The notes under the pieces were generated by a model. That model was not told where the DNA came from, did not search any database, and saw nothing but the letters and a program-made list of their open reading frames with translations. The position numbers and the translations under genes are program-made. Of a DNA stretch of 64,000 bases, positions 23,381 through 32,651 are shown in pieces (position 1 is the first letter of the stretch; every line of letters starts with the position of its first letter). The stretch spans positions 868,001 through 932,000 of the forward strand of contig JANHCV010000011.1 of NCBI GenBank assembly GCA_025594325.1. The letters are read 5' to 3'. This DNA is from Blastocladiella emersonii ATCC 22665 (taxonomy: Eukaryota; Fungi; Blastocladiomycota).

Positions 23381-23980
23381 GGTGGATGAGGTGTGGATGG
23401 GGTGGGGTGGTGGCGGCGCGTCGGGTCGGGTCGGTCGGTGATGCGAGGATGGAGGGTGCAATCTGCAACGCGAGCGTTGGCCGCCGAATTCGGCGCGAAA
23501 CGTTAGAGTCGGGTGCGGGCGCGCCTTTGCATAGAGTGGACCTTACCCAGGCGTCAACGTGTCTTCATCCAGCTCCTCCCTGCCGAGCCAGATCACTCGT
23601 TCGCGGCGAAGAAGGCGACACGACCTCGTCGCGCGCCGAGTCGATCCCACGCAGCGCGTCATGTGACCCCACCCGACCGCGGGCGCAGATCCTCGCGACG
23701 CGTTTTTTTGTGGCGTCTCCAACTTCCCTGCCGTGCCTACCACGCCTGCCCGGCGCGAGAACTGCAATGGATACTTGTCGCAACGGCCACCGCGAAGCGC
23801 GCCCTCTGGCATGGCCGAGACCCACCCGGGTTCCTTGCTTGTCGGCTCCGCGACGCGCGGCAGCTGCCGACCTGGACCTGATCGCTGGTTTGAACGATTT
23901 GCGGGCTCCTCACCATCAAGAGCTCCCTGTCTTCCACCCTCTGCGTTGACTCACACTACCAACCCCGCCATCGGAGGTCG

Positions 23981-24143
23981 CAGCTGGAACCAGCTGGAAA
24001 GCCGCGCCAGTTGTGGACGGCTGGGAAAAGCGCCGCCCCCGGCTGTGACCAGCTGGGAAGTGGCTTCAGCTGTCCCCAGCCACCGGCGCTGACGTGGCCC
24101 AGCTGGGACCAGCTGGCATCACCTCCCCAGCTGGACACAGCTG
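23981..24143. repeat. Left subterminal array of paired CAGCTG palindromes
   Basis: About 8 perfect CAGCTG plus variants, arranged as pairs 10 nt apart (e.g. ccagctgggaccagctgg) recurring about every 30 nt. Confidence 0.9.
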
Positions 24144-24838
24144 GCATAATAGAATCACCGAATTATGACTCGTGGCCACCACCATTCGATTCAGCTCGCA
24201 TGTGCGATGCGAATGGTACAACTTTCATCTCGATCCGGCGAGGTCAGGAATCGCGCAAACTCTGCCCGGGTTCAGCCCTCACTTGATCCTCGCTCTTATC
24301 CGAATACCGTGAGTACCTCCATCCTCATAGGTAACATGAAGGAGTAAGACTTCCCTGTGGCTACCCTTGTCTCGCCTGATACCATAAGATATTGTTGGAG
24401 ATGTTCTCGAGGTCAAACTGTCGACTTCTCCTCACGCGCTTGCTGAAGCGAACCGCTCCCACACCACGAGGCCCTCCACCCTCGCCTTCGCGATTAACGG
24501 CAGATCAAGCCGGTGTTGTGTCCGTAGTGGACAACAATGCGCCAAGTTGCGCCGGTCGGACGGTGAGGGTTCGAGCGCAGAAGGGAGTTCATCGGGGACG
24601 ACGACGACGAGTTGCGCCACTCATGTGATGCTAGGGAGTGGGGCCGCGAGCAAGCGAGCGAGCAGGTCAGCGCGTCGAGGTGACGAAACCCCTCACGCGA
24701 TCGGTCCAAGATGTTCCATTGAAGGCCACCGATGACCATGTCAGCGCCCTAACTGCAAGCAACGATGATACACTGGTAGTGAGGAAAGAACTCTCATGTA
24801 TCGATTACACACAACTTCCGATATGCTCAACCTGCTAC

Positions 24839-25883
24839 TCAATCATCGTCGTCCATGTCCGACTCGTCATCGCTGTCCGCGATCTCGTCGTCTGGGCCAA
24901 TCACGACAACAGCTTCCACTTCGGCGTGCGCGGCTGAGGCGTGACCAGCAGCGGACGCGGTTGCCGCCGCCCCCGCCGCCTGTATCTCTTCCGAGATCTT
25001 CTTCATGCGCTCGTAGAGCCCGTTGACGTACTCGAAGCCCTTGAGGCCGAGAAGAAGCCTTGGCGAGGCGGGGAGCGGCTCGGTGAATCGGTATTGGTTG
25101 ATCACGAACCGCTTGTCGTCCTGGTGGACGAAACGGTAGCCCGACTGGTACGACGTCTCGCGCTCCATCGTGCGCGGGATCAGGCCGTGCTCGGCGTGAC
25201 ACGTGGTCTCCTTCGTGCAGTGGTGAACAGGGTGGAACGACTGCAGGACGTCGAGGACCGGGACGAAAACAAGATCTGAGGTCAGGTCGATCCGCTGGCA
25301 CTCGAACTCGTCCGTCTCGCCCTCGAGGATGGCGTAGCGCTGGACCACCGCCCACGCGGCGACCACGACCTTGGCCTTGTGCGCCTGCCGCTTTTCGGCG
25401 AGGCGAATGACCTGGAAGACGACGCCGCGCGAGTGCGTGTCGCGCTGCTGCTGCTGCTGCTGCTTCTCGAAGATCACGGACCAGCCCTTGACCACAATAT
25501 TGTCGCCGCGGTCGAAGAAACGCTGCGGCTCCTCGACCATGTACTCGCCGAACTTGGTCTCCGAGTCGATGCCCTTGCTGCTGAGCAGCGAGGACTGGCT
25601 GTTCCAGAAGTCCTTGGCCGTGAGCGGCGACTTCCCCTTGATGCTGTCGAACTGGAACTCGTGCGCGGGCGTCGACTTGGGGCGGCGCTTGCCCTTTTCC
25701 GTGATGCACCAGTACGCTTTTCCTAGTTGGGAGATGTCGCGAGTTAGCAACGGAAAGCGCAGCTGTACGGGAAACTCGTTGCATACCGCTGCGGCTCACC
25801 TCCTTTTCGAGCGTGAGACCGAGAAGCGCGCGCAGCTTCGGGTTCTTGAACAGCTCCAGGAGCTCGTCGCTGATCGTGTGCAT
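24839..25883 (-). pseudogene. 5'-truncated transposase-like gene (C-terminal part, about 326 aa); exons 25787-25883 and 24839-25722
   Basis: Canonical intron GTATGC..GCTAAC..CTAG (25723-25786) joins LLELFKNPKLRALLG to the downstream ORF. PVHHC..C..ER..FVH..FVIN resembles, from memory, the QHxC..C..QER..H..LN tail of fungal EnSpm-like transposases. No DDE core visible; TAA lies just upstream. Confidence 0.55.
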
Positions 25884-26853
25884 GTTGCCCAATTACGTAT
25901 ACAACGCCCCGCCTGACATCGCTGATGCAGGATACTCGCCGCTCGCAGACAACTTCGAGAACGCGCCCCGCGCGTCGTCGCCTCACAGTACTTTCGCGTC
26001 CGCTGAAGACGCGGAGGAGCTAGAGAAGATTTTCTCGCAGTCGTCGGGCTCCATGTTTGTCCCTAGCCATGTACCGGCCCGTCCCGCTGCACTCGCGCAC
26101 CCGTTTCAACACTCGCAGCAGCAGCACCTGCAGCAGGACTCGTCCCCGCAGCCGTACGCAGGAGGCCCCGCCGAGATCGCACCACAACCGCCTGCTGCCT
26201 CATCATCTTCGCAGCACCCGCCCGACCGCCCTTCGTTCACGCCTACTCGGATCCCGACCATGGTCCCACCGCCTCCTATCCCTGCCGCCCACAGCGCACC
26301 TCGGCGCAGCACGCACGCGCCGCACGCGTCCAGTTCCCTCCCTCCCCGTGCTGTGGAACCGCCGCCTCCCGTCGCTGCCACGGATCGGTCGCTCGGGGAC
26401 GAAGATCGGCGAGCACCGATGGATCGGCGCGAGATGGAGGCGAGGGCCAAGGAAGCTGCGGCGCGAGCATACGCGCAAGTATTGGAGGAGGAGTCCCAGC
26501 GTGGTCGTCAAGTCGCAGCCATGCGGCAGAGCCAGGAGGGCAGCCAACAAGTGCTGCAGTCCATCAAGGGCGGCATGCAGACGGGTACGGCATCGGCTGT
26601 CGGGCAAGAGGAGACGGGGAGCGTGGCAGACATGCAGGCGGCGTGCGCCACCTACGCGGCCGTTCCTCCCCAGCAGCCCCCTCTCCCCGCAGTGCAGTTT
26701 CCCAGGACTCGTGGCGGTGGAAGCGCGGCATTCGCGGGCGCGAGCAGTCCGGGCGAGGGCTCTCGCGCCGCGGGTCATGGCAAACGCGCCGCACCTGATG
26801 ACTCGGGCGCGGCCCAGTACGGGGCGGGCCCGCCGAAGCGGCCTCGGGCATAA
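25882..26853 (+). CDS. Uncharacterised Pro/Ser/Gln/Ala-rich ORF inside the transposon (about 323 aa)
   Basis: Open frame with a predicted coiled segment (REMEARAKEAAARAYAQVLEEE), terminal basic PPKRPR, and an AT-rich 3' flank. Confidence 0.45.
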   Translation: MLPNYVYNAPPDIADAGYSPLADNFENAPRASSPHSTFASAEDAEELEKIFSQSSGSMFVPSHVPARPAALAHPFQHSQQQHLQQDSSPQPYAGGPAEIAPQPPAASSSSQHPPDRPSFTPTRIPTMVPPPPIPAAHSAPRRSTHAPHASSSLPPRAVEPPPPVAATDRSLGDEDRRAPMDRREMEARAKEAAARAYAQVLEEESQRGRQVAAMRQSQEGSQQVLQSIKGGMQTGTASAVGQEETGSVADMQAACATYAAVPPQQPPLPAVQFPRTRGGGSAAFAGASSPGEGSRAAGHGKRAAPDDSGAAQYGAGPPKRPRA

Positions 26854-28114
26854 GTTTTGTGCAAGTACTTGTTACATTATATTTTTGGTGTTGGTTCCAT
26901 GTCGTGGCCAGAGCGGAAGGGAGAGCGCGAGCAGATCGCGGTGCGAAGCGCGTGTTCAGAGGGAGCGGCGGAAGCGTGGGCCGCTGCTGATCGCCTCGCG
27001 TCGCGTCCCTCCTCCGAGTCTCCCCCTGCGATGCACTCCCCGCGCGAGGGACATGAAAGACTCGATGCAAACTTTGCCTCCCGTGGATCTGCGCTTATAC
27101 TTTATGTCTGTCGTGTTCGGGCGAGACGGCGCCCTTGACGCGTGCGCCGATGGCCGCTTCTCGCCGCTGGCGTGGTTTGAGTCACACTGGGCTGTCGCAG
27201 TACATTCATGGAGCGCTTAAGCGTACCGGATCGACGGACGGGACACCTGTGAGTGTAGTAGGGGACGAGGACGTCGGGCGACGCGTCTCGGGAGCCCATG
27301 GAGACGCGGTCACATGACAGCGAGCCCGCCTGGACGCAACCCCTTCCGGTCGGCCGCTATTTTACGCTGCCGCCGCTGCTCGTCCCCAACTTCTCCTCAC
27401 CACACTGCTCAACCTCCGGAACGCGTACCCACGCACCCTGCGCCCGACTGCTCACCTACCACTACTCGCTCACGTCCTCCCTACCGCCCATAGCCGCAGC
27501 CGACCACGATCACGACTCTCATCGCTATGCAGCTCGCTTGGTACGTTCCCGTCATCCAGCGAGCACACGGCTGGCAGCGGGCCTCACTCACGCAAGCCCG
27601 TGTGCTGTAGACGGCTCGCTCAAACGTCACGTTCACGTTCCCCTGCCCTGTCTCCACGCGCTGCCCGCGCCCTTGGTACGTACAGCAGGGAAACTACCGC
27701 CGTTGGGGTTGCGCCGCTCACACTGCACGTACTCCCAGATTCACCTTCCGCGCCATCCGAGTAGCCCACGCCTGTGATTCCATTGCTACTGTACGTTGCT
27801 CCGCCTTTTACACGCGCGCTATACAACGGGCCACTCACACGATAAGCCTATCCGCTTGCTCCAGTTTGCCCTCAACTCTCGAACCATCAACAGGGTCGAG
27901 TACTCTGTCGTCAGCACCACGTCGTCGCCCGCCATCGGCTCACTCTTCGCCTCCGCCCCTCCGATCCCCACGCACTCGCTCGCTGCTCCCCATGCCCTGT
28001 GCCTCTTGACAACGATACACGTGTCTCGTTCACAAACACAAACAATCCCACGTGCCGCGTTGCTCCCCAAGCCGGGAGCAGCGCGGCTTTTTTGCGTCAG
28101 GTGAGGGCGACGGT

Positions 28115-28312
28115 CCAGCTGGATGCAGCTGTGAGGGCGGTGAGCCCAGTCGGGTTCAGCTGGGATCCGTGGCTTGTCCAGCTGGCCACAGCTGGCCCGA
28201 CCCGGCGACCCAGCTGGGAACTGCTGGACGCAAGCCTCATTTCCAGCTGGACAAATCGATGTCTACAGGGTCTGGATACAGCTGGAGACGTCTCCCCAGC
28301 TGCAGCCAGCTG
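28115..28312. repeat. Right subterminal array of paired CAGCTG palindromes
   Basis: About 10 perfect CAGCTG plus variants with the same paired spacing (e.g. ccagctggccacagctgg). Confidence 0.9.
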
Positions 28313-29263
28313 GAGTGCCCTTGTGGCGGGGTCGGGCGTGCAACCGACGACCGGCCCAGTCTCGTCGGCCGCGCGCTGAAACGACCCCGCTCGCCGGCCC
28401 CTGTTCGCTTCGGGCTCAAACCGTTGGGGCTCGTTGAACAGCAGCGAACTCCGTAAAACTTTTACCGTGCTTATTCTCGGTCGGTTTGCACGCGCGCTCG
28501 TAGGCCCCACCGCCACATACGCCGAGGTTCCGTGCTTCCGTCGCGTTTACGCGACAAGTTTCGCGTCTGTCGCGCGCGCAGGTCCTCGGCCTTGAACGTC
28601 GCCATGGTCGCGCGCCGTCGCGTGAGAGGGTCGGTTTTTAGGCCCTCGCGCTCCGACTTGCTGGGAAATTCAGGCAGTTCTTGGCCGTGACCGCGCTCCA
28701 TCGAGTGCGTGGCCATCGAGTGAGGGTCGATTCCTCCGCCCATCACCATCGCGTGGCCGGCGCGTTGCTCGAGCATCCACCAAGTCCACCATGACCATGA
28801 ACTTGAGCGTGACCATGGCCACCGGAGCAAGCACCCAGTTCCTGGTGAGGTCAGGTCAGGTCCAGCACGAAGTGGCGCGGCTTGCATGTGTGCTCTGGAA
28901 GCGCTCTCGAGCTTGAAACGCTCCGCTTCTCCGCCACTGGTTGCAGCGTTTCACCGCGCTGTAAATATTTAAAATGAATCGAACCGTGTGACCTCCTCGC
29001 ACTGGGTGCAACGGACGCTCCAGGGCCTGCTCAAGGGCCTCAAGAGCGACCTAGGCCCACCGTGTGTCCTGCAAGCTCGCGCTCTCTCGCTCTCTCTCCC
29101 GACAGGTCCTCTCGTTGTGTTCGGCTCGCACCTCTTCTGCCCGACCGACCCATCGACCGCGAGCGACCCTAGATCCGCTAGACACGCGCAACGCCACGCA
29201 TCGCACCGCCGCCGATCGTTCCCGCGCTAGACCTAGACGACCGCCACCCTCCTCCTCATCATC

Positions 29264-31525
29264 ATGCGCGTCGAGCTCCTCCTCGCCGTCGTGGCGCTGC
29301 TGGCTTCGGCCGCGCCCGACGCCGCCGTCGCCAAGAAGTGCGCCAAGCGCAACAACAACAAGCCCGCGCCCATCGTCGGTGCGCGCGAGGTGCCGCTGGC
29401 GATCCCTGCGGACCAGTACACGGTGCCGCCGGCGCACGCCGGCGACAACAACTACGTGCTCAAGGCGGGCCCGAACGGCGAGTACATGGGTGGCAGGGCG
29501 CAGGCCAAGCCGAGCGTCATGAACACGGTGCCGGTGCCGCGCAAGTCGTACGAGCCGCGCACCACGGTCAAGGCCGCGTACTACTCGGAGATGCCCGCCG
29601 ACAAGAACGTGTTCGGCAAGCCGGCCGTCGTCATCGCCAACTGCGAGCTCAAGACCAAGAAGCCGATGCTCAACCTCGACAACTTTGTCCAGATCAAGAA
29701 GATTGCGTGCGCCGACGCCGCCATCACGCTGACCTTCGACTCGGACGCGTCCGCCGCCAAGGCCGCCACCGAGTGGGCCAAGGCCAAGGACTTTGCCGTC
29801 ATGGTCGGCCGCGAGTGGAAGTGCAACGGCAAGGACGAGAACAGCCTGCGCCAGGTCGTCAGCGTGCAGGCCGCGCCCAAGGGCGCCGAGCTCGTGTTCG
29901 CGACGCAGCCCATCTCGCGCGACGCCGTCATCGACGAGTTCGCCATCAAGGTCGACCAGTTCGACGCCCCCGCCGCCGGGTCCGTGTCCAAGCGCAGCAT
30001 CTTCAACTGGAACAAGAAGGGCGAGAAGGTGTTCAAGCTCAACGTCAACTACGACCCCGAGACGGACCGCGCCGTGCGCGACCCGATCTCGCTGATCAAG
30101 ACCTCGTACGCGTCGGCCAGCCTGACCAACACGTACTTTGACGGCCGCGCCACGCTCTCCGTGGCCGTGACCGGCAGTCTTATCGTGGTCAAGACCTACG
30201 ACGTCAAGCTGTCGGGCGCCATGAAGGCCAACCTCGACGTGCTCATCACCGCGTACGCGACGGCGCGCACCGACCTCGTTTCCGTCCCGATCTTCGTGCT
30301 GCCGCTCAACCCCGTCTCGATCCCCGGCATCCTGTCGCTCGGCCCCGAGCTGCGCCTCAAGGCCGGTCTGTCATACGACCTCGCGCAGGACCTCGACTTC
30401 ACGGCCGGGTTCGGGTTCAACTACAACTTTGTCCTCGGCGCGTCGAGCCAGCACGGCCTGTTCGCCAAGCCGGTGACCATCAACGAGGGCCGCCCCGTTT
30501 TCGACCTGCACCCGCCCAAGCTGTCGAAAGACTTTCAAATTGGAGTGGCCGCGCACCTTGTCCCCGAGTTTTCGATTGCCGTGGGTGTCTGGAAGATCCC
30601 GGCCTTCGATCTGGCCTTGGGCGTGGACAATGCCCTCGGAATTCAGCTCTCGCGCGGCTCCTTCTCGTCGTGCCCCGGCGGTTCGCTCAACCTGATGCTG
30701 TTCCACCAGCACGACCTGTACTTTGCGGTGGTCTCGGCCATCTACTCCAAGATCTTCAACATCTACTCGACCGGCCGCCTCCCGCTCCCGTGCCCCAACA
30801 ACGCGTGCAACCGCTGCATCGGCGGGTCCAAGAACGCGACCACGACGACCAGTCTGCTCCCGTCCACGTCCACGACCTCGATCTCGACCAGCGCCACGTC
30901 CACGACCACCACCTCGCTGACGAGCACCTCGACCTCCTCGGCCACCACCACTACCACGTCCGCCACGACCACGCCGACTTCCTCCTCGTCGTCGGCCACC
31001 ACCACGACCACGAGCTCGAGCACTTCGGCCACCCCGACGACCACCAGCACGTCGGCCACCACCACGTCATCCGCGACCGCCACGGGCACCGAGTCGGCCA
31101 CGTCGTCGAGCACCTCCGCCGCCACCAGTGCGACGTCGACCAGCTCCTCGACTTCGACTTCGGCCACGCCCACCACCACCTCGACCACCACCACGTCGTC
31201 GTCGTCCTCGACCACGTCGGCGCTCCCCACCTCGACCTCCACCTCCACCACCTCGACCTCGACGTCGACAACTTCGACTACCACGTCGACGCCCGCCCCG
31301 ACCTCGACCTCGACCAAGCCGGCGGCGTACGACCGCAAGACCACCTCGACGTCCACCACCACGACCGCCACCACCACGTCGACCAAGCCCGCGTACGGTC
31401 GCAAGACGACCACCGCCACCACGTCGGCCACCGAGACCCAGTCGTCGACCACCGCCATCGAGACGTCGACCACCACGTCCGCCGTCCCGGTCCCCACGGC
31501 GCCCGCATACAAGCGCCGCGAGTAA
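29264..31525 (+). CDS. Secreted protein (753 aa): signal peptide, two globular domains (DUF7029/DUF7223-like, from memory), Ser/Thr-rich tail; intronless
   Basis: Hydrophobic N-terminus MRVELLLAVVALLASA, LNLDNF..IAC..ITLTF, PLNPVSIPGILSLGPELRL, about 230-aa Thr/Ser tail, strong codon bias, paralog at 44924-47253. Confidence 0.85.
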   Translation: MRVELLLAVVALLASAAPDAAVAKKCAKRNNNKPAPIVGAREVPLAIPADQYTVPPAHAGDNNYVLKAGPNGEYMGGRAQAKPSVMNTVPVPRKSYEPRTTVKAAYYSEMPADKNVFGKPAVVIANCELKTKKPMLNLDNFVQIKKIACADAAITLTFDSDASAAKAATEWAKAKDFAVMVGREWKCNGKDENSLRQVVSVQAAPKGAELVFATQPISRDAVIDEFAIKVDQFDAPAAGSVSKRSIFNWNKKGEKVFKLNVNYDPETDRAVRDPISLIKTSYASASLTNTYFDGRATLSVAVTGSLIVVKTYDVKLSGAMKANLDVLITAYATARTDLVSVPIFVLPLNPVSIPGILSLGPELRLKAGLSYDLAQDLDFTAGFGFNYNFVLGASSQHGLFAKPVTINEGRPVFDLHPPKLSKDFQIGVAAHLVPEFSIAVGVWKIPAFDLALGVDNALGIQLSRGSFSSCPGGSLNLMLFHQHDLYFAVVSAIYSKIFNIYSTGRLPLPCPNNACNRCIGGSKNATTTTSLLPSTSTTSISTSATSTTTTSLTSTSTSSATTTTTSATTTPTSSSSSATTTTTSSSTSATPTTTSTSATTTSSATATGTESATSSSTSAATSATSTSSSTSTSATPTTTSTTTTSSSSSTTSALPTSTSTSTTSTSTSTTSTTTSTPAPTSTSTKPAAYDRKTTSTSTTTTATTTSTKPAYGRKTTTATTSATETQSSTTAIETSTTTSAVPVPTAPAYKRRE
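30845..31480 (+). repeat. Low-complexity TCG/ACC-rich Ser/Thr coding repeats (counterpart at about 44990-45640 on minus strand)
   Basis: Runs of tcgacc/accacc encoding T/S tracts, with repeated units such as TSTSTTTTSSSSTTTQAP in the paralog. Confidence 0.85.
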
Positions 31526-31754
31526 GTAAGATGCGTCGGACAAGGTCGCGGCGGTGCCGCCGCTAGCTCATTTGTACAATAGCATTTTGTTGTTGTTGTT
31601 TCGTGCCTTCGGAGTCGGTCGGCTTCCTTGCTGTGAAGGGACGCGTCGCGCCACAGTGTGATCAAGCGCCACCTAGACTCAAGCCAGGCGTTCTGCTCGA
31701 GCGCGACTTGTGTCGCGGAGCGGCATGCGCTACCCAGCCAAACCGAGAGTAATT

Positions 31755-32465
31755 ATCGAGGCCAGCGTGCGGGTATATTCACGCTTGGTACTTACAGATA
31801 CACCTCTCCTCCCCCTCCTTCATCACCTCCTCCCATGCAGCGACGCCGGCGGCATCTCGTCCTCCTCCTCGTCCTCTTCATCATCATCATGTCCCGCAAC
31901 CGCAATCGCCGCGTGCTGGTGCGGCGGCGTGACACCGGCCGCGAACGCGCCGCGCTGCCCGACTCCCGCCGCGGCCACGTAGAACGGGTTCCGCGCGCCG
32001 GCGTACGCGTCGTCGTCCGAGTCGGCGAACAGGTCGACGCGGTACGCGCCAGCGAGAGCGCGTGTTGGGACCGTGGTCGCGGCGGCAGCGGCGGTCGACG
32101 ACCACGATGAGTCGTCGTGTGGGGTCGCGGCGGTCGCGGTCGTGGGTCCGTCGGCGGTGGTGGTGATCGGGTGCGGGGAGCTCCCGCCAACGGCCGCGCC
32201 GGAGGTTGTGGCGTCGCCGACCGTGGAAGTTGGAGGACGAGAACGACGTGCCCGCGGAGTCGAACGCCGAGTATCCGGCCGACGCCCTTGTCGTGCGCGC
32301 GAGCCCCACAGCGCACTCGCGACGCCGGCGGACTCCGTTGAGATCCGCCTGACGGCGCGCAGCGCGTCCGTGATCGATGATACGTGCCTCGGGTACTCCG
32401 AGATTCCCGCGCGGACGAGCGTGATGCGCCCGCGCTGGTGTGCGCGGACGAGCGCGACGCCGGCC
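31755..32465 (-). pseudogene. Decayed duplicate of the 3' end and 3' flank of the SLC26 gene at 48462-51245
   Basis: GVALVRAH..GISEY..DDAYAGARNPFYV..EMPPASLHG matches the SLC26 C-terminus; the segment RASAGYSAFDS lies in another frame (compensating frameshifts); nucleotide similarity continues about 60 nt past the stop. Confidence 0.9.
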
Positions 32466-32651
32466 TTGTTTGGTTTTGAAGCTCGGTCGCGCATAGTGGA
32501 CGCGTCGCGCCACAGGCGTGACCACGCGCCGCGGGCCTCACTTGATCTAGCAGCGGCTTCTCGTTCTTCCCGGACAATCAGACAGCGTTCAAAAGCAGAG
32601 CGCTCCTCAGAAGACATCGATCAATCACACGGGTGATATGGTGGGGATGTA

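Larger units (their letters stand above)
23954..28340. mobile_element. Probable non-autonomous CMC/EnSpm(CACTA)-like DNA transposon, 4387 bp
   Basis: Imperfect 17-bp TIRs CACTACCAACCCCGCCA (23954-23970) and reverse complement CACGCCCGACCCCGCCA (28324-28340); CA dinucleotide flanks both ends; mirror-arranged subterminal CAGCTG arrays; internal transposase-like fragment. Confidence 0.7.

Noticed and set aside
24300-24800. Splice-like signals and short ORFs in the left arm of the transposon
   Set aside because: Could not assemble a consistent exon chain or recognisable protein.
23981-28312. CAGCTG arrays as a CRISPR array
   Set aside because: Repeats are 6-8 nt, spacers 3-20 nt, eukaryotic context, no cas genes; subterminal transposon repeats explain them.
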